DNA from: Halomicronema hongdechloris C2206
GTDB lineage: Bacteria; Cyanobacteriota; Cyanobacteriia; Phormidesmidales; Phormidesmidaceae
DNA: 32,000 bases
Assembly: GCF_002075285.3 (NCBI RefSeq)
Contig: NZ_CP021983.2
Coordinates: forward strand, 4,950,001 to 4,982,000
Reading direction: 5' to 3'
Made by a program: the position numbers and the translations under genes. Shown in pieces: positions 22,405 through 30,632 of this stretch. Each line of letters opens with the position of its first letter. The first letter of the stretch is position 1. The notes under the pieces were generated by a model that saw only the letters and a list, made by a program, of their open reading frames with translations, was not told the origin of the DNA and ran no database searches.

Positions 22405-23050
22405 ATGCAGGCTATTGCGCGACAGGCCGCTGAAAATGCCCGGCAGCTGCAGAGAGAAGCTGACGCCTAGGCAGACCAAGCTCGTCTGGAACAATCCATT
22501 GCCCGCCAGGGGGGGGCAATGCCCTGATACGTTTACAGCCTGCTAGGTTTGAAGAAATTGTCGCTCTGATGAAAGCCATTGAGATCGGGGAAGACCTGAA
22601 AGCCCTATTGACCCAGGCCGATTTGCCCAGCTCTAACTCAACCCTGACTCAATATCCCGCTATCAGTCCACTGCTAGCTCTACGCGTGGCTGTGAATGTA
22701 GTGTCGCAGCGTACCGCCATGGCTGGCGAGTTTCTAGGCTTCAGTGAGGATGGCCAACGGTTACTCATACATCCTTTGATGAGGATATCAGCCGTATCTA
22801 TAGCCTTGATGGGGCGTTACTGGCTGAATATCCGGGCAGCACCTTTAGCGACAAACGGCTTTTCTCAGGCTCTCTCGGGTTCAGCCCCGATGGCGAGCAT
22901 CTGATGACTCTTTCCAGCGATGGCTATGTCAGGTTGTTTCGCCTGGATAATGGCTTGGATGATCTGCTGGCCCGGGGCTGTGCCTGGTTGCAGGATTATT
23001 TCAATGCTAATCCTGAGAAACAGGCAGAAGCCGGTATTTGTCTGGAGTAG
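22405..23050 (+). pseudogene. Remnant of a WD40-repeat protein gene (C-terminal end), with stops and frameshifts
   Basis: The frame ending at TAG 23048..23050 reads ..FSPDGEHLMTLSSDGYVRLFRLDNGLDDLLARGCAWLQDYFNANPE, a typical cyanobacterial WD40 C-terminus. Upstream pieces (GFSEDGQRLL; ALMKAIEIGEDLKALL; MQAIARQAAENARQLQREADA-stop) lie in other frames. A G8 run sits at 22509..22516. Confidence 0.55.
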
Positions 23051-23060
23051 CTATCACTGG

Positions 23061-23163
23061 GGCAGTTCCAGCAAAAGGGGCTCGGGAGCAGCAAAAAGGT
23101 CTCGGGAGCAGCACTAGGGTGGTCGGGTGCACTACCAAGGTGAGTGAGCGCACCACAAGGGTG
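23061..23163. repeat. About 5 units of the 21-nt minisatellite, reverse complement of the 1603..1850 array
   Basis: CTCGGGAGCAGCAAAAAGGT, CTCGGGAGCAGCACTAGGGTG and GTCGGGTGCACTACCAAGGTG are reverse complements of type A/B units. Confidence 0.85.
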
Positions 23164-23164
23164 G

Positions 23165-23400
23165 GCTAACGGGCTGCGGTTGTTCTGGGTAGGGGCAGCA
23201 CTGCTTGGAAGTTAGGCGGAGTCTTGTGAGCTGATGCCGAGGTTGGTTCTCTGGATTCCCGCCGCCGCGGGAATGACGGTAATGGGGTCTTCTTAGACAG
23301 CAAACTAACCGCGAAAGCAAGTCCCGTCATTCCGGGCAAGCGCAGCGCGCGCGACCCGGAATCCAGGCAGGGGTCTATGGGGGTGGCAGATAGTCTGTGG
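23165..23400. repeat. Hairpin-repeat module, inverted copy of 1420..1600
   Basis: 23233..23345 matches the reverse complement of 1433..1545 at 109/113 positions. Degenerate similarity continues in the flanks. Confidence 0.9.
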
Positions 23401-23532
23401 GCGGGGAGACGCCGCCTGGGATGGGCTTGTCGATCAGTCCCGAGACCTCGGTAAGGCCGCACTTAATGGCATAGCTCGGGGTGCTCACCCGAGGGGATTT
23501 CGTTCCCCTCGGACTCCCACGACCAGGGCAAA

Positions 23533-23628
23533 CCGCTTGTAGTGAGCGGAGTCGAACTGCTTGTAGTGAGCGGAGTCGAACTGCTTGTAGTGAGCGAAGT
23601 CGAACTGCTTGTAGTGAGCGGAGTCGAA
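23533..23628. repeat. Perfectly phased 24-nt tandem repeat, 4 units
   Basis: The unit C(C/T)GCTTGTAGTGAGCG(G/A)AGTCGAA occurs at 23533, 23557, 23581 and 23605. Units abut directly with no spacers. Confidence 0.95.
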
Positions 23629-23734
23629 CTACTGCCCTGGCCCTACGGACGGGCTGATCTGTGATGTGGTCTAGATCGCGTCGCATCGGTGCAGTAGCGA
23701 GGGCTTTTCTGCATTGGGCGCGGCAACCACGCCC

Positions 23735-23885
23735 CTAGCCTATTCCCTTTTCCGTTCTCCGCTCTCCCTTCGACTACGCTCAGGGCAAGCCGTTCTCCGT
23801 TTTCCTTTCCCCATCTACCCTTCACCCTTCACTCTTCACTCTCCACTCTTCACTCTTCACTTTCCCTTCCTCCCCATCACCCCTG
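23735..23885. repeat. Pyrimidine-rich low-complexity tract (TTCAC(T/C)CTTCAC type)
   Basis: CCCTTCACCCTTCACTCTTCACTCTCCACTCTTCACTCTTCAC.. mirrors 17571..17612 and resembles 11161..11197. Confidence 0.8.
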
Positions 23886-23924
23886 CCCCTCGGGGTCGAT
23901 AAGCATAGCTCAATGCCTAAGCTA

Positions 23925-24767
23925 TCAATCCTGCTGGTGAGAGAACTGATAGGCTCCTACTGCGGCGAGTGCGATCGCAACCGCTAGGAGCACTGGAAAG
24001 CTATACCAGGGAAACTCCGCCAGGGGCCGATAGGCGGCTGCCCGTAGGCCGATGGTGGTGTAAGTCAGCGGCAGCACATAGACGATGCCCTTCAGCACCA
24101 TGGGTAAGCTGGCCGGGTCAAAGAAGGTGCCCCCCAGAAATGACATGGGCACGATCAAGAAATTATTGAACAGGCCTACACTCTCCAAGGACTTGACATT
24201 CAGCCCCACGATCACGCCCAGTCCGGCAAACACGGCACAGTTGAGCACCAGCAGCAGCAAAAACAGAGGGTGCAAGAAGCTGCCCGGCTGCCCGGTAAAC
24301 ACCACCGCCACCAGAATCACCGACCCCGCCGTTAGCATGCCCCGCACCACACCTGCCATCATCTTGCCCAGATACAAGGCCAGGGGATGGACGGGGTACA
24401 GCAGCATCTCCTCGAAGGTCTTGGTGAATAGGCGGTCGCCACAGATGGAGAAGGTGGTGCCGCCAAAGCTAATCACCATGGAGGACAATGCCACCATGCC
24501 GGGCAGGATGAACTCCAGATAGCTATCACCGGCACTGGGGGTGCTCACCCGGTCGATGGCATTGCCCAGGCCCAGACCAAAGGCCAGGATGTAAATCAAG
24601 GGCGACACCAACCCAGAAGCCGCCACTTGGGGAATCCGCACCCGCAGCTCTAGCCAGTCTCCCCAAAACACCGTGAGGCTGTCGCGCCAGAGGGTCTGTA
24701 GAGGAGTCCTAATGGTCCGGCGATGGCGGCCAGGGCGGACCAGGCGGTGTTCGGCATCCACGGTCAT
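23925..24767 (-). CDS. ABC-2 type transporter permease (ycf38-like)
   Basis: A six-TM-like hydrophobic profile. LEFILPGMVALSSMVISFGGTTFSICGDRLFTKTFEEMLLYP is typical of ABC-2 permeases. Confidence 0.8.
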   Translation of the reverse strand: MTVDAEHRLVRPGRHRRTIRTPLQTLWRDSLTVFWGDWLELRVRIPQVAASGLVSPLIYILAFGLGLGNAIDRVSTPSAGDSYLEFILPGMVALSSMVISFGGTTFSICGDRLFTKTFEEMLLYPVHPLALYLGKMMAGVVRGMLTAGSVILVAVVFTGQPGSFLHPLFLLLLVLNCAVFAGLGVIVGLNVKSLESVGLFNNFLIVPMSFLGGTFFDPASLPMVLKGIVYVLPLTYTTIGLRAAAYRPLAEFPWYSFPVLLAVAIALAAVGAYQFSHQQD

Positions 24768-24973
24768 AATTTGTAATCTTTGTTCATCTTTAAATGTACT
24801 GTAACTGTACAGTAATCACGGCAGGGGTGAGTAGTGTAGCTGGGCGGTAGATGTGAGCTGGGGGCATGCCCTAACCTCGGCGGGGGATGGGTAGAGGCAT
24901 AGGCCGGTGTGGAGCCGGTGGCTGAGAGCTGCCATACTAAGGATAATCACGATCGATATAAAGGGGGCTGGGC

Positions 24974-25450
24974 ATGAAAACCGGATCGCGCCCTACTAAC
25001 AATTGGCGTCGACTGCTGATGGCGAGTATGCCGCTCATCGCGGGCGTGCTAAGTGGGGCCACCCTGCCCCCATCAGCTGCTGAGCCGGTGCAGCCCCAGT
25101 TGCGGGCGGATATTATTATCAATGCGCCGATTATTGTCCATCCCAGAGACCGGCTACCGCAGCAGCGGGTGCGGGTCCAATTCGTCGCCCTAGGCGATGA
25201 TTGGGGGGCTGTCTATTTAGATAATCGGTTACTCTATCGACCGGGTAATTTCGATCGACGGCAAGAATTTTGGTTAGAGCCCGGCAGCTATCGCCTAGAG
25301 ATCACCGGGATCACTCGCTTCGAAGTCTGGGATTCGGGCTACCTCGATGTGGGCCGCGATGATGCCCACGTGCTGGTGGTGACGTTTTCGAAGCAAGCCG
25401 GGGTGGTGCGAGTGGCCGGGGATGCGGCGGCGTGGATCCCGGATCAATAG
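24974..25450 (+). CDS. Hypothetical secreted protein (signal peptide, PEGA-like beta-rich body)
   Basis: The N-terminus RRLLMASMPLIAGVLSGATLPPSAA looks like a signal peptide. No catalytic motif recognised. Confidence 0.6.
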   Translation: MKTGSRPTNNWRRLLMASMPLIAGVLSGATLPPSAAEPVQPQLRADIIINAPIIVHPRDRLPQQRVRVQFVALGDDWGAVYLDNRLLYRPGNFDRRQEFWLEPGSYRLEITGITRFEVWDSGYLDVGRDDAHVLVVTFSKQAGVVRVAGDAAAWIPDQ

Positions 25451-25487
25451 CCCGGCTCAATAGTAGACCATACTGACTGACTATCGT

Positions 25488-26681
25488 ATGGGGACTCCTT
25501 ACGCCTGGCTGGAGAAGGCGCTGGCAACCATCCATCGGGCTGACTGGTATCGCTCGCTGCGTCCTATCGAGGGTAAACCCGGCCCCGTGGTCCAGCGCGA
25601 TGGGCGGGCGGTGATTAATTTCGCCAGCAATGATTACTTGGGGTTGGCGGCAGATCCGCGCCTGGCGGCAGCGGCGATCGCCGCCATTCATGACTATGGT
25701 ACCGGCAGCACTGGCTCTCGGTTGCTCAGTGGCCATCGCCCGTTGCATCGGCAGCTGGAAGCTGCGATCGCAACCTTAAAACAGACAGACGATGCCCTGG
25801 TGTTCAGCTCTGGCTATTTGGCCAACCTAGGCACCATCACCGCCTTGGTGGGCCAGCGGGATCTGATCATGGCCGACCAATATAATCACTCCAGCCTGAA
25901 ACAAGGAGCCCGCCTCAGTGGTGCCACCGTCATCGACTATGGCCACAACGACACAGCCGCCCTACAGCATCACCTCAACCACCATCGGCAGCACCATCGG
26001 CGCTGCCTCATTCTCACCGACAGCGTGTTCAGCATGGATGGAGACATTTGTCCCCTGCCAGCCCTGCTCGACCTGGCGGCAACCTATGACAGCATGGTGA
26101 TGATAGATGAGGCCCACGGTACTGGAGTGCTCGGTCCCAGGGGGGCTGGCGTCGTGGATCATTTTGGCTGTACCGGGGCGCCCCTAATTCAGATGGGCAC
26201 CTTGAGCAAGGCCCTGGGTAGCCTGGGGGGCTATGTGGCCGGCTCGGCTTCCCTAATAGACTTTCTCCGCAATCGAGCCGCTAGTTGGATTTACACCACC
26301 GGCCTCACCCCAGCCGATACGGCGGCAGCCCTAGCCGCCCTCGATATCGTGGCGGCAGAACCAGAGCGGCGGCAGCAACTCTGGCGGAATGTTGACTATC
26401 TAAAGCAACGTCTGGGGCAACAGGTGGTCGATGGGCCAGAGGCTGGGGTGGGCATGCAACTGCTGCCGTCGGACTCACCGATTCTTTGCCTAACTGTACC
26501 CGATGCTGCTACGGCAGTTGCTCTGGCTGCAGAGTTGCAAACCCATGGCTGCTATGTCTCAGCGGTGCGTCCTCCCACCGCCCCAACCAGTCGGTTGCGA
26601 CTGACGGTCATGGCCAGCCACGCGTTGCCTCAACTGGAGCACCTGGTTCAGGCCTTGAGTCACTGCTGGTTACAGCACTGA
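25488..26681 (+). CDS. bioF: 8-amino-7-oxononanoate synthase
   Basis: [42 protein letters not shown] and [13 protein letters not shown] (PLP-Lys). Confidence 0.9.
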   Translation: MGTPYAWLEKALATIHRADWYRSLRPIEGKPGPVVQRDGRAVINFASNDYLGLAADPRLAAAAIAAIHDYGTGSTGSRLLSGHRPLHRQLEAAIATLKQTDDALVFSSGYLANLGTITALVGQRDLIMADQYNHSSLKQGARLSGATVIDYGHNDTAALQHHLNHHRQHHRRCLILTDSVFSMDGDICPLPALLDLAATYDSMVMIDEAHGTGVLGPRGAGVVDHFGCTGAPLIQMGTLSKALGSLGGYVAGSASLIDFLRNRAASWIYTTGLTPADTAAALAALDIVAAEPERRQQLWRNVDYLKQRLGQQVVDGPEAGVGMQLLPSDSPILCLTVPDAATAVALAAELQTHGCYVSAVRPPTAPTSRLRLTVMASHALPQLEHLVQALSHCWLQH

Positions 26682-26695
26682 TGACATCGCCAGGG

Positions 26696-26905
26696 TTAGT
26701 AATCCTCTGGCAAGACCCATTTGGGTGGCGTCGTGGCCCGCTCCATCATCTTCTTGCGCACGGCTTCGTCAGCCATGGCCAGCATGTCTTCTAGGGGAGT
26801 ATCATCGATAAACTTAGTGGCTTGCTCGGTGTACTTCAGGTTGGGGCACTTATCCCCTAGCACACAGCCATTCACACAGGCTTCGGCGCAGTTGATCGAC
26901 TCCAT
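26696..26905 (-). CDS. Small Cys-rich protein (C-x3-C-x3-C-x5-C), function unknown
   Basis: A 69-aa ORF, MESINCAEACVNGCVLGDKCPN.., with coding-like composition, lying downstream of the glycosyltransferase on the same strand. Confidence 0.65.
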   Translation of the reverse strand: MESINCAEACVNGCVLGDKCPNLKYTEQATKFIDDTPLEDMLAMADEAVRKKMMERATTPPKWVLPEDY

Positions 26906-27024
26906 GGTGTTCTCTCCCTACTGCATCGACAGGGTAGACTCGAACCCAGTGTGTGGAATTGCCTGTCGAGCCTGTCCCTCTGGGATTGTAACAAGTGGGG
27001 CTGCCTCGCAGCTGCAGCTGGGGC

Positions 27025-28017
27025 TCATAGACCCTGCAGCCGCTGTTGCAGCTTGGCCAGGGTACGCTGCCACCGTAATCGCAGGAGACGTCTGGCCGTG
27101 AGGGGAGCAATGGTGAGGGAGTAATGGCCGTCGAAAAAGTGGTTGATGTCTTGGAGAATCACCTCTAACCGGTGTACTAGCGCCTGGAAGCGGTAGGGGG
27201 CTAGGTCTGTTTCGGTTAATCCCAACCGGGTGGGGCTGGTTAGGGCCTGCCGGATGCGGGCCACATCGTAGTCGACGGAGCAGCCAGCGATTTTGTAGCT
27301 ATTGAAGCCAGGATCGAGATAGTCGGCCAGGGAGCTATTCACGCTAGAAAAGACCTGACAGCCGCAGGCCATGGCTTCTAGGGGAGGCAGGCCGAAGCCT
27401 TCAGTCAATCGAGCCTGGGCCCAGTACTCGGCGGAGTCATACAGGTACAGGTGACTGCGGTTGAAGAGGTCGGCTAGATCGGCCACATAGCCATCCAGCA
27501 GCACCAGGTTGCACTGATCCTGTAGGGCCGGTACCAACTGCTTCAGCAGGTATTCTGAGGACTTACGGACCTGCACCAGCACATCAATGTCACGCGGTTG
27601 GTGGCGATTCTGGAACTCATGGGAAATTAGGTTGGGCAGGTAATATAGCAGTGCCTGGGGAGACTGCTGTCCCCAATAGCCCAGGGTGTTGCGACTGACG
27701 GTGATGATGGGTACAGTGGCCGGCAGTCGAAAGCCGTAGCCCGTACTGTGGGCATGGTAGATGGTGTGATGCGATCGCAACTGTCGGGCCAATTTAGGCA
27801 CGTCAAAGCCCCAGCTGAGCACAAAAATCACGTCTTCCAGCTCAGATCTAGCCAGCACATCCTCTAAAAAGAGCGTATCCTTCTCCCGTTGGCGATAGGT
27901 AACCACCGCTGCCGTGCAAATCTGCTGGGCCAGGTTCAACGTCTTGAGTTCGGCCCAGAGTCCACCACAGGCGAAGCGACCGTAGGTACCAGGCAACAGA
28001 AAATACAGGGTTCTCAT
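27025..28017 (-). CDS. Glycosyltransferase (GT-B fold, GT1/GT4-like)
   Basis: The C-terminal motif TEGFGLPPLEAMACGCQVF is the E-x7-E-type nucleotide-sugar-binding region of GT4-like enzymes. Confidence 0.75.
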   Translation of the reverse strand: MRTLYFLLPGTYGRFACGGLWAELKTLNLAQQICTAAVVTYRQREKDTLFLEDVLARSELEDVIFVLSWGFDVPKLARQLRSHHTIYHAHSTGYGFRLPATVPIITVSRNTLGYWGQQSPQALLYYLPNLISHEFQNRHQPRDIDVLVQVRKSSEYLLKQLVPALQDQCNLVLLDGYVADLADLFNRSHLYLYDSAEYWAQARLTEGFGLPPLEAMACGCQVFSSVNSSLADYLDPGFNSYKIAGCSVDYDVARIRQALTSPTRLGLTETDLAPYRFQALVHRLEVILQDINHFFDGHYSLTIAPLTARRLLRLRWQRTLAKLQQRLQGL

Positions 28018-28046
28018 AGAGCCATGCCAGTCTGACTGTAAGCATC

Positions 28047-28952
28047 TTAGACGGCTTGTTGTTGATTCAAATCATTCGTCTCCTTGAGGGCATCTAAAAA
28101 GGCATAAACAGCCGGCGTGTGCAGGGCATCTCGCAGCAGCGAGGCCCCAATGGGTCGATAGACCGGCAACGGCAAGCGACAGACTTGCACGCCCTCTGGC
28201 ACCGGTTCAGCCGCTAGCCGCGGCAGGATCGCAATGCCCAATCCCTGTTTCACCATGCTGGTCATGGTAGAGTCTTGACGAATGCGATAGCACACCTTCA
28301 GAGTATTCTCCATCTTCTGCAACTGTTCTTGGATGCGGGAATAGCAACTGTTGTGGGTAGAGGCAATCAAGGGAAGTCCCCTCAGGGTTTCCAGGGTGAG
28401 TTGGGCATCCCGCAGGCCCGAGTCAGGCGGTAACAGGGCCACATATTCGTCCTCGAGAATATGAACCGTCTCAAACTCGTCACCGCAGAGCATCTCTGCC
28501 ACACAGATGTCGACATGCCCTTGCTGTAAGTGTCGTCGCAGTTGGTAAAGCTCGTCTAGTTCCGTAATCGTGACCGTGATATTCGGGTAGCGACTGTGGA
28601 GACGGGCGATGGCCACGGGCAATAGATGGGTGGCAACGCTGCGAAAGGCGGCGATACGAACAGTGCCCCCTTGCAGACCCTTAGAGTGGTCGGCTTCACT
28701 GACAATGCTGTCGAGTAACTTCAGCACCTGTTGGGCATGGGCAGTAATATTAGCCCCCACTGGCGTCAGCTGAGCCCCATGGCGGCCTCGCTGCAGCAAC
28801 ACCACCCCTAACTCGTCTTCCAGGGTCGAGATGGCGTGGCTCACCGTCGACTGTGTTATCTCTAACCGTAGGGCAGCCTCGCTGAAATTTCCTGCCTCGG
28901 CGACGGCAACTAACGCTCGTAACTGAGACAGCTTGAGCTTAGTAGGCAGCAT
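28047..28952 (-). CDS. LysR-family transcriptional regulator
   Basis: The N-terminal wHTH is LSQLRALVAVAEAGNFSEAALRLEITQSTVSHAISTLEDELGVVLLQRG. A LysR substrate-binding-like C-terminal domain follows. Confidence 0.9.
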   Translation of the reverse strand: MLPTKLKLSQLRALVAVAEAGNFSEAALRLEITQSTVSHAISTLEDELGVVLLQRGRHGAQLTPVGANITAHAQQVLKLLDSIVSEADHSKGLQGGTVRIAAFRSVATHLLPVAIARLHSRYPNITVTITELDELYQLRRHLQQGHVDICVAEMLCGDEFETVHILEDEYVALLPPDSGLRDAQLTLETLRGLPLIASTHNSCYSRIQEQLQKMENTLKVCYRIRQDSTMTSMVKQGLGIAILPRLAAEPVPEGVQVCRLPLPVYRPIGASLLRDALHTPAVYAFLDALKETNDLNQQQAV

Positions 28953-29192
28953 AGATAGTCCCCAAATAATGACAGCGGCAAAGACCTTGACTGACCTATG
29001 AAGGGCATCGATGCTCCAGCCATCTCAGCTGTTGTGCTGTGGTCCTTTACCGCAGTGAACTGTGATCCGGAGATACCCTATCAATTCACCTTTGTAAACG
29101 CCTTCAGACTATCGTATCGGTTAGCGCAGAATACATCGATTTCTTGCATAGTTGCCATGCACGCCATGCGTAGGCACCGGCGTCACGTCTAG

Positions 29193-29207
29193 CTAGATTG
29201 AATCTAG
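29193..29207. promoter_or_regulatory. Perfect 15-nt palindrome CTAGATTGAATCTAG containing a T-N11-A dyad (candidate LysR box)
   Basis: The arms CTAGATT / AATCTAG flank a central G. It lies in the 400-nt divergent region between the LysR gene (start 28952) and small ORF 29352..29510. Confidence 0.3.
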
Positions 29208-29351
29208 AACACCACCAGCTGTTTCTCTGCGTCTGATTTCTCTGAGATCTATGGAAAGCAGCTGCCCGAGTGTCTCCTCTAGAGTCACTTTAGAGGGGTT
29301 GTGTGGTTCCCCGTGATTTACCGAAGACACACCACTGTAGGAGAGTGCATC

Positions 29352-29510
29352 ATGAATAGACTACTGGATGCTAACGAGCTGCGCATTTGGAGCCGTCAAC
29401 ACGCTGGGTTACAAGTCTGGCATGCTTACGACCCTGTCACCGGTAAGCATCGCCGCTTCGCCTCCGAAGCAGACCTGAGAGACTGGATCGACCGCCGCTA
29501 CTACGAGTAA
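29352..29510 (+). CDS. Small hypothetical protein (52 aa)
   Basis: AGGAG lies 8 nt upstream of ATG 29352. The sequence is MNRLLDANELRIWSRQHAGLQVWHAYDPVTGKHRRFASEADLRDWIDRRYYE, and a strong hairpin follows. The ORF is open from GTG 29301. Confidence 0.5.
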   Translation: MNRLLDANELRIWSRQHAGLQVWHAYDPVTGKHRRFASEADLRDWIDRRYYE

Positions 29511-29612
29511 GCTCAGGAACTCATCCGACAGGAGAGAACTCCCTAGGCACCTGATATCCTTTCCCTGACTCAGGACAACTGGAGGCCCCATCAGTGAACC
29601 CACTGACTATCT

Positions 29613-29639
29613 GAAGGAGACGCATGATGCGTCTCCTTC
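29613..29639. terminator. Perfect 12-bp stem / 3-nt loop hairpin between convergent genes
   Basis: GAAGGAGACGCA-TGA-TGCGTCTCCTTC. It is located between the stop at 29510 (+) and the stop at 29656 (-). Confidence 0.6.
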
Positions 29640-29655
29640 ACTGTTTAGTGCTGCT

Positions 29656-30315
29656 TTAGTGCTGTTTGGGATGTGGCCAGGGGGTATCTAGGGTATTGCC
29701 CACCTTGTCGGCTAAGCCCTCAATCCAGCGTTCATCCTGTTTGGTATAGCTGCGGGGAGCATTGGCAGCCAAAATCATCACGCCTCGTCCCATGGGTTGA
29801 CAGATGACGCCTTGGCTATTGGGTGGTAGGTAATCAAACTCCACCCGGCCCGGATATAGAGCCAGATTCACTAGATAAACGGCCTTGCCCGTCTGCAGTA
29901 CCCGCTGCACGATAGAGCCTGGGGATACCTCCGCTTTGGGGCCTAAAATTCCTCGCCGCATCAGTACTTGGCCCTCGTAGTAGATCACCACTGACCGGGT
30001 CACCGTGTTGGTTAGGAGTAGGTGAGAGGCCCAAGCTAACTCGGTCTTGATGGCATCAGGTAGCTCCTGCCTCAACTCGAAGCCCTCCTCTCCCTGTAGT
30101 ACAACCCTGTCTGGTGGCACCGGTTGCACCCGTTGCCAGAGTAATCCAGTCAAGATCAAGACGGCGCTAAGAATGATCCCGACGACGTCAGAGCGGGCTT
30201 GCGACGCCGTTAGTGTTGGCGTAGATAGACGATTCAAGAGCAGTAATGAACTGCCCAAAATTCCCACGCCGAAAGGCAGATACCGGAGAACACGATTGGG
30301 ATCAGGAGAGGCCAT
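29656..30315 (-). CDS. Membrane protein with GAF-like soluble domain, CCB2/CCB4-like (DUF2930)
   Basis: Two N-terminal TM segments (LPFGVGILGSSLLLL; VVGIILSAVLILTGLLW). AVYLVNLALYPGRVEFDYLPPNSQGVICQP matches my memory of this cyanobacterial/plastid family. Confidence 0.65.
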   Translation of the reverse strand: MASPDPNRVLRYLPFGVGILGSSLLLLNRLSTPTLTASQARSDVVGIILSAVLILTGLLWQRVQPVPPDRVVLQGEEGFELRQELPDAIKTELAWASHLLLTNTVTRSVVIYYEGQVLMRRGILGPKAEVSPGSIVQRVLQTGKAVYLVNLALYPGRVEFDYLPPNSQGVICQPMGRGVMILAANAPRSYTKQDERWIEGLADKVGNTLDTPWPHPKQH

Positions 30316-30632
30316 GACCGGTCTGGCAATGTCGTTTGCAAGGTTGCTATAGTCAAGGCGCGCGCTTGCCCTGGGATAGGGATAGGGCCTTCCCAGACAA
30401 TGGTCTGATGAATGACTACCGACTGACGCATTGAGTCATTGGTATCAGCGTCAGGTCAAGGGGGGACCAACTTACTAGTAAGCGGCACGCCGTTTCATCT
30501 AGTCTATCGTTGTCCAATGCTGCTATCCGTCCGGAAGGCTGAGCCTCCATGGTCTTAGGCAGGCGTATCCTCTGCATCCCAGGTTTCTGCTGGAACCGCT
30601 GTCTTCATAGTCTGCATTCGGTTGAGTCGCCC

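Noticed and set aside
23533-23628. Possible CRISPR array (regular 24-nt repeats); likewise the 21-nt array at 1603..1850
   Set aside because: Units abut directly with no unique spacers, the repeat lengths are atypical, and there are no cas genes in the window. These are tandem satellites.
23166-23902. ORFs 23166..23462, 23375..23686, 23643..23825 and 23714..23902 (peptides such as SFPRRRESR, LRSLQAVRLRSLQAV, FTLHSPLFTLH)
   Set aside because: These are translations of hairpin units, the 24-nt tandem and low-complexity tracts. The same peptide artefacts arise at 1.5 kb and 11.1 kb.
24797-24814. SOS/LexA box (TACTGT..ACAGTA resembles the E. coli consensus)
   Set aside because: The CTGT and ACAG half-sites are 6 nt apart rather than 8, and the sequence does not fit the cyanobacterial RGTAC-N3-DGTWCB type box. 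I kept it only as a generic palindrome.
26926-26969. tRNA-like signal on the minus strand (GGGTTCGAGTC resembles a T-arm/T-loop)
   Set aside because: The flanking bases do not form a 5-bp T-stem and no acceptor or anticodon arms can be drawn. It is better described as an 8-bp stem with a 28-nt loop in an intergenic leader.
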